Positions 43,689-53,990 of a stretch of 64,000 bases of DNA are shown here, piece after piece. The stretch spans positions 32,001-96,000 of the forward strand of contig JANNXA010000007.1 in NCBI GenBank assembly GCA_031409275.1, written 5' to 3'. Positions within the stretch are counted from its first letter, which is position 1. Each line of letters starts with the position of its first letter. The notes below the pieces were generated by a model. The model had not been told where the DNA came from. It saw nothing but the letters and a program-made list of their open reading frames with translations, and did no database searches. The translations under genes were made by a program, and so were the position numbers. The stretch is from Planctomycetota bacterium (lineage in GTDB: Bacteria > Planctomycetota > B15-G4 > SIAN01).

Positions 43689-46600
43689 ATGAAGCGCCTG
43701 CTCATCTTCGGCTCGATCTTCGGCTTCGGGCTCCTGGTGTTGGTGCTCGTGCTCGGGCCGAGTCGTCTCGTGCGTCAGTCGGAAGATCCGGAGATCGGCG
43801 GATCCGATCTCACGGACGTTCGTGGCGCAGTCGAGATGAAGGAGTCGAGCGCGGAAGGCCGGACCATCAGCTTCGCGATGGAAGGGGCCGGCCGTATCCC
43901 GATCTGGAAGGAGCAGCAGCTTCCCGACGGATCGCTGCAGCGGCTGAAGGCCGCGCTGCTCGCCTACCGCGGGATCGAACCGTTCGTCGGCGGCTTCCAC
44001 TTCGAGCAGCCGAGCCTCGACTTCTTTCCCGGCCTCGGCGTCGACGAATCGCGATCCGCATCGATCGTCGCCGGCGGCTGCGACCTCGCGTTGCGCGGTG
44101 AAACGTCCGGCGCCACGCAGTTCTCGCAGGGACTGCGTCCCGCGGACATTCGCGCGTTCACCTTCTCGCCCGCGGTCGTCATCCAGCAGTTCGACGCCGC
44201 CGGCAACGTCACCATGCGCTTCGAGACCGAGCGCCTCGAAGCTCCCGAGGTCCCGCTCGTCGACGTGGAGGCGGCGCTCTTCCTCGAGAAGCTCGTCGCG
44301 CCAGGCGCGCTGCGCTTTCGCCAGGGCGATGGGGCCTTCGATCTGCGCGCTGGCGGACTCGAGCTCGACCGCGCCAGCGGTCGGCTGACGCTGCAGCCGC
44401 CGCTGGTGTTGGAGGCGACTTCGCTGGCGCTGCCCGGGATGAACGGCGCGTCACCGGCGTCGCCTCCCGCAACCGCGCCCGCCGCCTCGCGCGCACCCAT
44501 GACGCTGACGAGCGATGGTCCCGCTACCTTCGTCAGCGCGCCTGCCGCGACGCCCGACGGCGCCGCACGTAACGCTGCGAAACCTGCGACGGTGGATGCC
44601 GCCGCCGCCTTCGATGTCGCCAACGTCATCGGCCCAGGCGAACTCGTCTTCACCAAGAACGTCCTGCTGAAGCAGGAAGAGCGCTGGCTTCGGACCGAGC
44701 GGCTGGCGCTGACGATCGTGCGCGACGCGGCCGGCGCGCTGATCGTCTCGCATGTCGACGCGGGCCGTCCGCAAACGCCGATCGCGCTCGGCGTGATGGG
44801 CGGCGAAGGCGAAGCGACGCGGCTCGACTGGAACGCGAGCGACGAGCAGCTGACGCTGGCGGGCCCGGTTGCTCTGCACGACCTCGTGCTCGGCGAGGGC
44901 GCGGCAGCGCGCAAGCTCGAACTCTCCGCGCGCGAGCGAGTGACCATCCGTCAGCTGCCGGCGCTCGGGCAGCTGCCGGCGCGCGTCGAGGTGATCCTCG
45001 AACAGGCCGCGCATGTCGCGATCGCGGGCGAGCTCGCCGCCGACGGCGACCGTGTCGTGGCCGTGCTGCTGCCGCCGAACAAGCAGCCTGGACAGGAACG
45101 CGCGCTGCGCCTCCTGAGCGTCGAGGTCACCGGCGCGCTCGCCGTCGCCAACCTCACCGGCCGCGGTCACGCGCAGGCGCGAACGCTGCGCCTCGGCGAA
45201 AGCGACGATGGGACGCGCACGGTTCATCTCGATGGCGACGCGCGCGCCGACTTCGATCGCGGCTTCGTGGTGGGCCCGACGCTCGACCTCACGATTCCGC
45301 CCGATCCGAAGCAGCCGACGACGGTGCTCGTGCCGCAGCTCCTCGCCGCCGAGCTGGCTCTTCCAGCCGGCGCCGCGCTGTTCGAGCCGCGCCTCGTCGG
45401 CGCGGCGCAACCGACTGCCTTGGTCGTTGCGAAGAACGACACTCCGTCACCGCCGCTCGTCCGGCGCCTCGTGATCGAGCCGGCGGGACCGTGCTCCTTC
45501 ACGCAGATCGGCGAAGCCGTCGATTTAATCGGCCGTGCCTGCTACCGCGTGCGCGCGGGGGTCGATGCCGGCGCTGCGGACCTGCAGACGCTGCATGCCG
45601 ACGAGCTCCATCTGCAGCCCGAGGGCGATGGCCAGTACCGCGCACGTGCGCTGGGTGACGTGACGCTGAAGGACGCTACGCGCGGACTCGACTTGCATGC
45701 CGCAACGGCGCGAACGGAGACGCAGCGGCGCGGCGATCGCGACGCGCGACTGCTGCTGCTCGACGGCGCACCCGCACGCATCGAACGATCGGAAGCGGGC
45801 AAGGTTGACGCGCCGCTCGTCGTCGAATCGCCGTCGTTCGAGTTCGATCTCGACACCGAAGCGCTGCTGGCCGTCGATCCCGCGGGCCACGTGCGGGTCG
45901 AGGCGCCCGAAGCGCTGCTCGCCGACCTCTTCCCGAGCCACGCGTTGCCCGACCCGCCACCCGATGCCGTTCCCGCAGCGATTGCCGCCGCCGCACCGCC
46001 GTTGGTGCTCACCGCGGAACGGGTCGAGTTCACGCCCGGCGCAGGCGCCAAGCCCTTCGAAAGCGGAGCGCTGTTGCTGCACGGCGCCGTCGTCGTCGAG
46101 CGGCCGCTCGATGGCAGCACGGTCACCTGCGAGCAGCTCGCATTCGACCTCGCCGCCGGCACCGCCACGGTCGACGGACGTGAGGGCGTACCCGTCGTGC
46201 TGCGGCGACCGAAGCCCTACGACGCGACTCGGGTCGAGTCGCTGACCGCGGCATGGCTGCGGATCGACCGTCCCAAGCAGCGCATCACCGCAGCTCCCGG
46301 CTCGATCTTCGTGCTCCATCCTGAAGAGCCGCCAAGCGCGAGCCGACCGCTGCCGCCCTTGCGGCGCGTCGAGCTACGCGCGACCGACGCGCCGGAACTG
46401 CTGCGCCGCCGCCTCTCCTTCGACGGCGGTGTCGAACTCGACTTCACGTTCGGCGAGCTCACCGCCCACGCGCGCGCCGAGCGCGCCGAGCTGCTGCTGG
46501 CGCGCGGACTCGACGAGGGCCCCTTCGAACCGCTGCGCCTCAACCTCACTCAGCGCGTGCGACTCGACTACGGCGCCTACCACGCCACCGGCAACCTGCT

Positions 46601-46829
46601 CTCCTACCGAGTGCACTCCGATCCGGGCGAACGGGCCGGTCCCGGCTCGATCGAGTTGAAGGAAGGCGTCGAACGCGGGGCACTGCTCGGGCAGGATGAC
46701 GGCGGCCGCTGGCAGGTCACCGCTTGGTTCAAGCTGATGCTGATCCATCCGCCGACGAGCGAGGATCCCGAGGAGCGGATCGAATTCGACGCACTGGAGC
46801 TCGGTGTCGAGGCGCTGCGTGGTGAGTGA
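43689..46829 (+). CDS. Large N-terminally anchored beta-rich protein, putative extended LptC/LptA-like LPS transport protein
   Basis: 1046 aa with a single N-terminal TM. Repeated short beta-strand patterns; located between kdsC and lptD. The ORF is solid, but the function is inferred from synteny only. Confidence 0.55.
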   Translation: MKRLLIFGSIFGFGLLVLVLVLGPSRLVRQSEDPEIGGSDLTDVRGAVEMKESSAEGRTISFAMEGAGRIPIWKEQQLPDGSLQRLKAALLAYRGIEPFVGGFHFEQPSLDFFPGLGVDESRSASIVAGGCDLALRGETSGATQFSQGLRPADIRAFTFSPAVVIQQFDAAGNVTMRFETERLEAPEVPLVDVEAALFLEKLVAPGALRFRQGDGAFDLRAGGLELDRASGRLTLQPPLVLEATSLALPGMNGASPASPPATAPAASRAPMTLTSDGPATFVSAPAATPDGAARNAAKPATVDAAAAFDVANVIGPGELVFTKNVLLKQEERWLRTERLALTIVRDAAGALIVSHVDAGRPQTPIALGVMGGEGEATRLDWNASDEQLTLAGPVALHDLVLGEGAAARKLELSARERVTIRQLPALGQLPARVEVILEQAAHVAIAGELAADGDRVVAVLLPPNKQPGQERALRLLSVEVTGALAVANLTGRGHAQARTLRLGESDDGTRTVHLDGDARADFDRGFVVGPTLDLTIPPDPKQPTTVLVPQLLAAELALPAGAALFEPRLVGAAQPTALVVAKNDTPSPPLVRRLVIEPAGPCSFTQIGEAVDLIGRACYRVRAGVDAGAADLQTLHADELHLQPEGDGQYRARALGDVTLKDATRGLDLHAATARTETQRRGDRDARLLLLDGAPARIERSEAGKVDAPLVVESPSFEFDLDTEALLAVDPAGHVRVEAPEALLADLFPSHALPDPPPDAVPAAIAAAAPPLVLTAERVEFTPGAGAKPFESGALLLHGAVVVERPLDGSTVTCEQLAFDLAAGTATVDGREGVPVVLRRPKPYDATRVESLTAAWLRIDRPKQRITAAPGSIFVLHPEEPPSASRPLPPLRRVELRATDAPELLRRRLSFDGGVELDFTFGELTAHARAERAELLLARGLDEGPFEPLRLNLTQRVRLDYGAYHATGNLLSYRVHSDPGERAGPGSIELKEGVERGALLGQDDGGRWQVTAWFKLMLIHPPTSEDPEERIEFDALELGVEALRGE

Positions 46830-49377
46830 ACGGCGCGACTCTCGCGGCGCCGCCTTCGCGGTGCTGTTCGTCGTCGCGCTGCCGGTCGCGGCGCAGGAGG
46901 TTCCGGCGCCCGCGGTGACGCCGACGGCGCCGAGCGCCGACACGCCACCGATCGCCGCGCTGCTGAACGCCACCCGTCTCGACGTCGTGTCGAGCAAGGA
47001 CTCCGACCAGGCGATCCTGGTGGCCGAGAATCTGTCGCTGCGGCTTGCCGACGGCACCATCGAGCTGCGCGCCGATCGCGCGATCCTCTGGGGCGATCGC
47101 GATCTGCTGCTCCTGCATCGCGTGGGCGGCGGTCGCCGCGACGAGGCTTTACCGCCGTTCGCGCCCGAAGTGCCGCCCGCGCCAGGTCGCGCACCGCTGG
47201 CGTTCGCCGGCGGATCCGCCGACTCGGTGTCGACGATGGTGCAGGGACTGCACGAGATCTACGCCGAGGGGCACGTCTACTTCCGCCAGGGCGCGGAGCA
47301 GGTGCTCTTCGCGCAGCAGCTCTACCAGCACCTGTTGGAACAGCGCGGCGTGCTGGTCGAGGCCGACGCGTTTGGTCGCTCGGCCTTCCGTGAATCAACG
47401 ATCGACGTGCATGTCCGCGCTGCGGCGTTGCGCACGCTCGGGCCGCGTCAGCTGGTCGCCGAGGATGCGCAGTTCTCGACCTGCGCCTACGGCCATCCGC
47501 ACTACCACGTGGAGAGCGGAACGCTGACGGTGACGCTGCGCGATCCGTTCGCGACGCCGGCAGCGGATGGCACGACGGCGGCACCCGGCATCGAGAGCCT
47601 CTCGCTGCGCGACAACTGGCTCGAGCTCGACGACAGCGCGTTCCTGCCGTTGCCCGGCTTCACCGCCCGCCTCGACGCCGGCGACGGGCTGCCGTTGAAG
47701 AAGGTGCGCGCCGGCCATTCGAAGCGCTTCGGCTCCTACCTGGAGACGCTTTGGGGTGCCGATCTGCCGGAGGAGTCGCTGGCGCTGCAGGAGGCGCTCG
47801 CGCTCGATCCGAAGCGGCCGCTCGAATTGGGCTGGGAGCTCGACGTCGATGGCTACTCGCGACGCGGCGGCGGCCTCGGTCCAGCGCTGCAATGGAAGGT
47901 GCCGGAGCTCATCGAGGGCGAGATCGGCGGCTTCTGGATTCATGACCGCCGCAGCGACGACTTCGGAGTGCCCTTCGAGATCGACCACGCCGACCGTGGC
48001 CGTGCCTACCTGCGCGACCGCTTCACGCCGATCGAGCACTGGCGCCTCGACACCGAAGTGCAGTGGCTCTCCGACCCCGGCTTCCAGCCGGAGTACTTCG
48101 AGCGCGAGTTCAAGGAAGAGAAGGAGCCGGAGAGCTACGCCCACCTGGTGCGCCAGGAAGAGCAGACGCGCTGGCGCTTCCTCTACCGCAACCGCCTGAA
48201 TGACTTCACCACGCAGGTCGATCAGTTGCCGCGCGCCGGCTTCGACCACGTCGGCGAAACGCTCCTCAAAGTGCCGCTGCCGTCGTTCCTCGAGTACGAG
48301 CGGCGCCCCGCGTGGCTGGTGCTCACCCAGGCGCACGACATCGCCCACCAGCGGCTCCATCAAGCGGATGGCGTCCTCGCCGACGACGAGCGCGTGCTGC
48401 GCGCCGATTCGCTGCTCGACCTCTCGACGACGCTCTCGCTCGGGCCGATGTCCTTGCGGCCCTTCACCGCGGGTCGCTTCACCGGCTGGAATCGCGACGC
48501 CAACGACAGCAGCCCGCTCGGCCGCGGCGCCGGGATCGCGGGCGCGCGCAGCGAGTGGATGGTGCATCGCAACTACGACGCGTGGTTCCCGTCGCTCGGC
48601 ATCGACGGGTTGCGCCACGTGGTGCTGTTCGATGCCGACTACATGAACGTCTACGACGTCTCGCGCGACCCGGCCGAGCTGGTGCAGATCGACGACATCG
48701 ACGCCCTGACCGAGCGCGAGGTCTACCTGCTCGCGGTGCGCCAGCGCGTTCAGACCCATCGCGAGCGGCGCGATGTCGCCACCGGCAAGGTCATCGTCTC
48801 GACCGAGAACGCCTTCGAGCTCGACCTCGAGCAACCGCTCTACCCGCAGGCGCAGCGCGACAACATCGGCCCGATCGCCGGCACGACGGCCGGCCGCACC
48901 GCGGGGCCGCTTCACTACGACGCCGTGGTGCGGCCGGGGCTGCGCGACAAGATCCTGCGCGACGCCTACGCCTGGTCCGAGGGCGACTGGAACTTCAACG
49001 ATGGCGCGCTCGACACCGTCAGCGTCGGCGCGGCGCTGCAACCGACGCCGGACTGGACGACGCTGCTGAGCTGGCGCGTCACGCGCGGCTTCTCGCGCGT
49101 CATCACCGGCGAGCTCGATTGGCGCCTCACCGACAAGTGGTCGGTCGCGCTGCTCGAGCAGTACGACCTCGAACAGGACAACGGCCTCGAGCATCGCTAC
49201 GAGCTGCGCCGCCACGGTCACGACTTCACGCTCGCCTTCGGCTTCGAGCGCGATCGCGGCGACGGCGACCTCGCCTTCACCTTCTCCCTCTATCCGAGCT
49301 TCCTCTCGCGCGGTCGCGCGGGGCGCTCGCTCAGCTCGGGTCGCGGCGACCGGCCGCAGTTGAGCGAGGGGTACTGA
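46822..49377 (+). CDS. lptD: LPS-assembly outer membrane protein LptD-like
   Basis: Signal peptide, IYAEGHVYF, FSTCAYGHPHY, WLSDPGFQPEYFEREF, alternating beta-strand C-terminal barrel. Confidence 0.8.
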   Translation: MSERRDSRGAAFAVLFVVALPVAAQEVPAPAVTPTAPSADTPPIAALLNATRLDVVSSKDSDQAILVAENLSLRLADGTIELRADRAILWGDRDLLLLHRVGGGRRDEALPPFAPEVPPAPGRAPLAFAGGSADSVSTMVQGLHEIYAEGHVYFRQGAEQVLFAQQLYQHLLEQRGVLVEADAFGRSAFRESTIDVHVRAAALRTLGPRQLVAEDAQFSTCAYGHPHYHVESGTLTVTLRDPFATPAADGTTAAPGIESLSLRDNWLELDDSAFLPLPGFTARLDAGDGLPLKKVRAGHSKRFGSYLETLWGADLPEESLALQEALALDPKRPLELGWELDVDGYSRRGGGLGPALQWKVPELIEGEIGGFWIHDRRSDDFGVPFEIDHADRGRAYLRDRFTPIEHWRLDTEVQWLSDPGFQPEYFEREFKEEKEPESYAHLVRQEEQTRWRFLYRNRLNDFTTQVDQLPRAGFDHVGETLLKVPLPSFLEYERRPAWLVLTQAHDIAHQRLHQADGVLADDERVLRADSLLDLSTTLSLGPMSLRPFTAGRFTGWNRDANDSSPLGRGAGIAGARSEWMVHRNYDAWFPSLGIDGLRHVVLFDADYMNVYDVSRDPAELVQIDDIDALTEREVYLLAVRQRVQTHRERRDVATGKVIVSTENAFELDLEQPLYPQAQRDNIGPIAGTTAGRTAGPLHYDAVVRPGLRDKILRDAYAWSEGDWNFNDGALDTVSVGAALQPTPDWTTLLSWRVTRGFSRVITGELDWRLTDKWSVALLEQYDLEQDNGLEHRYELRRHGHDFTLAFGFERDRGDGDLAFTFSLYPSFLSRGRAGRSLSSGRGDRPQLSEGY

Positions 49378-49387
49378 GCGGCGCTGG

Positions 49388-50806
49388 TCAGTCGCGGATC
49401 GCGCGATCGGGAAGGTGGCGGACGGGGTCGGTCGCCTGGTCCAACGTGGCGAGCCGCAGCAACGCCAGCGCTTCACCAGCGGCGCCGAGCATCAAGTCGA
49501 CGCTGTCGGCACCGCTGCTCGAGTCGTGCGTCGCGCCGCGCCGCCACTTGAGGCCGTCGCCGTCGGGCACCGCGGCGTGGATCAGATAGTCGCCTGCGCG
49601 TGCGGCGAACGCGGCGTGCTCCGCGCGACCAGTGGCACGATGGAGATCGCAGAAAAAGTCGAGCGCGCCGGCGACGCCGCAGCAGAAGCTCGGCGGGAAT
49701 GCGACCGGTGCGGCACCTCCAGCGGAACCGGCCGCCGCCTCGGCGGGCGCCTGCGCCATCACGAACCGCGCCGACGCCAGCGCGACCTCGAGGAAGCGCG
49801 CTTCGCCCGTCTGCTGATGCAGGAGCAGGAAGAGGCGCGCGGTGCCGGGCGGGCCGTGACACCATCCGCCAAGGGTCGCCTCCGTACCTGCGACCACCGG
49901 CCACGCCAGCCCGTCGCCGCGCGGGATCGAGTTCGCCATCAACCACGCGGCGCCATCGCGAGCCGCACCGGCGCAGTCGGCGTCACCCGTCGCGCCCGCC
50001 ACTCGCGCCAGCGCGTAGGCGACACCCGCCGTGCCGTGGCTGAAGTTGACATAGGGCTGGTTGCCCGCGAGCTGCCATTGCCAGTGGAGCAGGCGCTGAG
50101 TGGCGCTGGGGCGCTCGATCGCCGCTTGCCGGATCAGCCAGCGCGAGGCCGCCAGCGCGGCATCGACGAAGCTCTCCTCGCCGCTCGCGTCGGCGACATC
50201 CAGCAGGAACAGGACCGTGCCAGCGGCGCCGTAGATGATCTCGACCTGTTGGTCCCACCAGAGCTCGTCGCCCTTCCGTACACCGCGCGCGACGATCGAG
50301 TCGCCGACCGCCACGGCCAGCGCCAACGCCTCGGCGTCGTCGCGCAACCGCGCGCGCGCGAGGAACGCCGCGCCAACCCCGGCATCGCCCATGTAGAGCG
50401 ACGTCGCTCCTTCGCGCATGCCATCGGGCATCCACGTCAGCTCGCCCGACGGAGTGAGTTGGCGCGTCGCCAACAGGCCTTTCACGGCGGCATCGGCCAG
50501 CCGCCGCGCGCGCGCATCGCCCAAGACCGCCGCGGCGTTCTCGAGGAAGAGCAGCACGCCGCTGCTTCCGCCGTAGAGCTGCGCACCGAGGTTCGCGCTG
50601 CGCGTCTCCGGATCGACGAAGCGGATCGCCCCTTCTTCACCTTCGATCGGCGCGGCCTGCCGCTCGATCCAGTCGATGGCGCGCACGATGGTGGCGCGCA
50701 CCGGGTCGGTCGCCTGCGCCGTCGGCACCGGCGCGACCTCCTGCGCCGTGAGCGGCGCCAGCAACCATGCGCAGGCGAGGCTGACTCCGATCGTGATCGA
50801 TTGCAT
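49388..50806 (-). CDS. Lanthionine synthetase C-like (LanC/LanCL) protein with a signal peptide
   Basis: Repeated Y/H-G-x-x-G helix-barrel motifs: LYGGSSG, LYMGDAG, IYGAAG, FSHGTAG, WCHGPPG, FCCGVAG, MLGAAG. Confidence 0.88.
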   Translation of the reverse strand: MQSITIGVSLACAWLLAPLTAQEVAPVPTAQATDPVRATIVRAIDWIERQAAPIEGEEGAIRFVDPETRSANLGAQLYGGSSGVLLFLENAAAVLGDARARRLADAAVKGLLATRQLTPSGELTWMPDGMREGATSLYMGDAGVGAAFLARARLRDDAEALALAVAVGDSIVARGVRKGDELWWDQQVEIIYGAAGTVLFLLDVADASGEESFVDAALAASRWLIRQAAIERPSATQRLLHWQWQLAGNQPYVNFSHGTAGVAYALARVAGATGDADCAGAARDGAAWLMANSIPRGDGLAWPVVAGTEATLGGWCHGPPGTARLFLLLHQQTGEARFLEVALASARFVMAQAPAEAAAGSAGGAAPVAFPPSFCCGVAGALDFFCDLHRATGRAEHAAFAARAGDYLIHAAVPDGDGLKWRRGATHDSSSGADSVDLMLGAAGEALALLRLATLDQATDPVRHLPDRAIRD

Positions 50807-51084
50807 TCGGCCGCTCCATTCGTGGGAGGGCGGACGCTACTGCAGCGCTTGACGATTTTCATCGAGCGACTCGACGCACTGCTGCTGCTGGCGTTCGCGA
50901 TCCCGGCGGTGGCGGAGCGCTTCACCGTCGGCTTCGCACCGATCTGCGGTTTCCTGCGCCGGACCATGGGCAGCGCAAACGGCGCCATCGCGTGGCTGTC
51001 GATGTCAGTCGCGCTGTCGTTCGCGTTGTGGGTCGCTTGAGCGGCGTCGTGTCAACGACCGCCAGCGCGCTGACCGCGCCTCGA

Positions 51085-52671
51085 TCAAGCTTTCGGCTTG
51101 GTCGCTGCGGGCGCGGGTGGCACCGCGTCCGCGGTCGCATCGCCGACGACCTTGCCGAAGAACTCGGGCATCTTCACGCCGCCGACATCCTGCATGAGGT
51201 TCATCATCGGCGGGATCGAGCGCGCAAGGCTCTGGAGGAAGCCCGCCGCGCCACCGCTGCCGTCGACGCCCTTGCCCGAATCCCAGACGACGACCTTGTC
51301 GAACTTGATGTTGGAGATCGCGGTCGCCGCGGTCGCCGCCAGCGCCTCGACATGCTCCAGCATCATCATCTGAAAGGCGGGCTGCGCGCCTCCGCACGCA
51401 TCGATGATGCGCTTCAACCCTTCGCCCTTCTTGGCGAGGATCTCGTACTCGCCGCGCGCCTGCGCTTCGAGCTTGGCGTAGAGCCCCTTCGCCTCGCCTT
51501 CCGCCTCGATGCGCGTCTTCTCCGCCTGCGCCTCGGCGTCGACGATCTGCTTCGCCTTCGACGCCTTCGCGACCGCCTCGAACTCGCCGCGCTTCTCCTG
51601 CTCGATCCGCTCGGCGAGCGCCTGCATCGCACGCGCCTCGGCGATGTAGCCAGCCTCGGCAACCGCCGCCTGCGCCTCGCGGTGCTTGGTCTCCGCCGAC
51701 TGGAACGCGGTCGCTTCCTTGATGCGCAGCTCGGCGTTGGTCGCGGCGATCTGCGCTTTCGAGTTGTTCTCGCCCACCACCGCCTTCGCGTTGGCGTCAG
51801 CGATCGCGATGCGCATCTGGCGCTCGCGCTCCTTGACCTGCGCCTCCTGCTCGAACGCCGCGGTCCGCTCGCCGACCGTCTTCTCCTTGGTCAGCTCGGC
51901 GATCTTCACGATCTGGTCGCGCTCGGCCTCCTTGGTGCCGATCTCCTGCAGCTTGCGCGCATTCGAGACTTCGATCGCCTTCACTCGGTCGGCCGCGGCG
52001 ACGCCGATGGCGCCCTTCTTCACCTGCTCGGCGACGTCGATGATCGCCTGCTGGACCGCTTCGCTGGCCGCCTTGCGGCCGATCGCCTCGATGTAGCCCG
52101 ACTCATCCGTGATGTCGGTGATGTTGACGTTGATCAGGACGAGGCCGACCTTCTCGAGCTCGGGTTCGAGCGACTTCTGGATCGCGGCGAGGAACTGGTC
52201 GCGATTGCGATTGATGTCCTCGATGCGCATCGAGGCGATCACCTGGCGCAGCTGGCCGAAGATGATGTCCTCCGTCTGCTTGACGATCTGCGGGATCTGC
52301 AACCCGAGCAGGCGGATGGCGGCGTTCTGCATCGGGACCGGATCGGTGCCGATGGCGACAGTGAACACGCTCGGGACGTTGACGCGGATGTTCTCCGCCG
52401 ACAAGGCGCCCTTCAGCGGGATGCCGATCTGCATCGGCTCGAGGTGGAGGAAGTCGTAGTCCTGGATCAGCGGCCACACGAAGGCGCCGCCGCCGTGCAG
52501 CGTCTTGGCCGAGCGGCCTTCGCTGGTCTTGCCGTAGATGACCAGGATCTTGTTGCTGGGGCAGCGCTTGTAGCGCTTGGCCAGGAGCACGACGAAGCCG
52601 AACAGGATCAGGACAGCGGCGACCACCATCGCGAGGGTGAATGGATTCTGGCCGGCGAGTTCAGGGGGCAT
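51085..52671 (-). CDS. Flotillin / SPFH domain protein
   Basis: N-terminal TM, RYKRCPSNKILVIYG, GGGAFVWPLIQ, LINVNITDITD, long AEA-rich coiled coil. Confidence 0.93.
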   Translation of the reverse strand: MPPELAGQNPFTLAMVVAAVLILFGFVVLLAKRYKRCPSNKILVIYGKTSEGRSAKTLHGGGAFVWPLIQDYDFLHLEPMQIGIPLKGALSAENIRVNVPSVFTVAIGTDPVPMQNAAIRLLGLQIPQIVKQTEDIIFGQLRQVIASMRIEDINRNRDQFLAAIQKSLEPELEKVGLVLINVNITDITDESGYIEAIGRKAASEAVQQAIIDVAEQVKKGAIGVAAADRVKAIEVSNARKLQEIGTKEAERDQIVKIAELTKEKTVGERTAAFEQEAQVKERERQMRIAIADANAKAVVGENNSKAQIAATNAELRIKEATAFQSAETKHREAQAAVAEAGYIAEARAMQALAERIEQEKRGEFEAVAKASKAKQIVDAEAQAEKTRIEAEGEAKGLYAKLEAQARGEYEILAKKGEGLKRIIDACGGAQPAFQMMMLEHVEALAATAATAISNIKFDKVVVWDSGKGVDGSGGAAGFLQSLARSIPPMMNLMQDVGGVKMPEFFGKVVGDATADAVPPAPAATKPKA

Positions 52672-52689
52672 CGATACGTTCTCCTTCGA

Positions 52690-53265
52690 TCAGGGAGCTT
52701 CGAGCGCGGTGACTTCGATGGTGTCGGCGGCGTGCAGCGCAACGACCTTCACGGGAACTCCGGTCGGCAGCGCCGGGCCATGCGAGATCGCCTTCAACTC
52801 GACCGTGCGACCCTGCAGCGCCAGCGTGACCTTGCCGAGCCCTTCGCCGCCGCCCGGCACGCTCAGGTAGACGGTGCCACTCAGTCCGACGGCTCGCTCG
52901 AGGCGGACGTTGCCGCGCGACTGCAGCCGGGCGAGCCCCTTCATCATCCACGCGACTCCGGTCAGCGCGAACGCACCCGCGATCAGCGCGAGGAGGAACC
53001 CGTTGGTGGGATCGACGTGGGACCACTCGCTCGCGAGACCAGCGAGTCCGAAGAAGGTGAGGAAGGCGACGATCGTCTTCAGCGTGAAGAGCTTGACGAA
53101 GACGTCGCCGTCGACATGTCCCTCGCCGGAGTGCCCGGCCTCGTGCGCGTCGTCGAAGCCGCCGTGCGCGTCGTGATGGCCGCCACCGATCAGCGACAGG
53201 AGGGTCTGCAAGACGAGGACGGTGCCGCCGACCGCAGCGCAACCGAAGTAGACGTTCTGGAGCAT
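52690..53265 (-). CDS. NfeD-like membrane protein (flotillin partner)
   Basis: TM segments with a His/Asp-rich loop; C-terminal OB-like GTVYLSVP...GKV...LPTG..VKVV. Directly upstream of flotillin. Confidence 0.85.
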   Translation of the reverse strand: MLQNVYFGCAAVGGTVLVLQTLLSLIGGGHHDAHGGFDDAHEAGHSGEGHVDGDVFVKLFTLKTIVAFLTFFGLAGLASEWSHVDPTNGFLLALIAGAFALTGVAWMMKGLARLQSRGNVRLERAVGLSGTVYLSVPGGGEGLGKVTLALQGRTVELKAISHGPALPTGVPVKVVALHAADTIEVTALEAP

Positions 53266-53385
53266 CGAGTACCCCCAACGCGCGCGCCGTTCGTGCGCGG
53301 GTCGGGCTGGAACCGCGGCGCGAGCGTGGCGCATGCTACTGCGCGACGGAGGGTGCGGTTCGCCGCTCTGGCACGGCCCGCTGCT

Positions 53386-53703
53386 TCAGCGCGTCCGCGC
53401 CGGCTGCGATCCCGACGCGAACAGGGCCTCCAGCAACCCGTGCTGGCCTCCCTGCACGATCAACCACACGCCGCCGGCACCCAACGCCACGTCGAGCGTC
53501 AACGTGATGGGAGTGATGACGATCGCGGTGATCGTCCCGCCATCGGTCCAGTCGATCACGCCGCGCGACTCCTTCGGCAGCTCATTCCAAACGGCGCTGG
53601 TGATGCAGCCCGCCAGCAGAAGCGGTGCAACGACAGCGAACCGGACTGCCGCGCGGCCGGCCGCAGCGAACGAACGCCAGCGACCAATAGAACGCGCGGG
53701 CAT
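53386..53703 (-). CDS. Small hypothetical lipoprotein
   Basis: Lipobox LLAGC and a hydrophobic TPITLTLDV segment. Confidence 0.55.
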   Translation of the reverse strand: MPARSIGRWRSFAAAGRAAVRFAVVAPLLLAGCITSAVWNELPKESRGVIDWTDGGTITAIVITPITLTLDVALGAGGVWLIVQGGQHGLLEALFASGSQPARTR

Positions 53704-53990
53704 GCGGGAACTCCGAGCTTGGCGACGTTGTCGCTGAAGCCGGCCGTCACGATCGCATTGGTGCCTTCGATGGTCCGGATCGACTCGGTCGCGCCATCCG
53801 CAGAGTGGAGACTCATCGTCGTCACCGACTCGCGCGCTGGCGCATTCGCCGGAGCGTCGGTGACGTGATCATCGGGTGCCCTTCGGCCAGCGCCGGCAGC
53901 TCCTCGAGCGGGACGGCGACCTTGATCATGTCGGCGATCATGTCGGCCGCGGTCGACGCCCTGCACCGACTCCCCTTCCGTCTCCGTGAA

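Noticed and set aside
50849..51040. Possible 63-aa hydrophobic ORF on the + strand (TTG start) or a LanC precursor peptide
   Set aside because: No well-spaced SD, opposite strand to both neighbours, and no Ser/Thr/Cys-rich core or leader motif.
51085..53265. NfeD-flotillin pair as a novel system
   Set aside because: Well-known conserved gene pair; nothing unusual seen.
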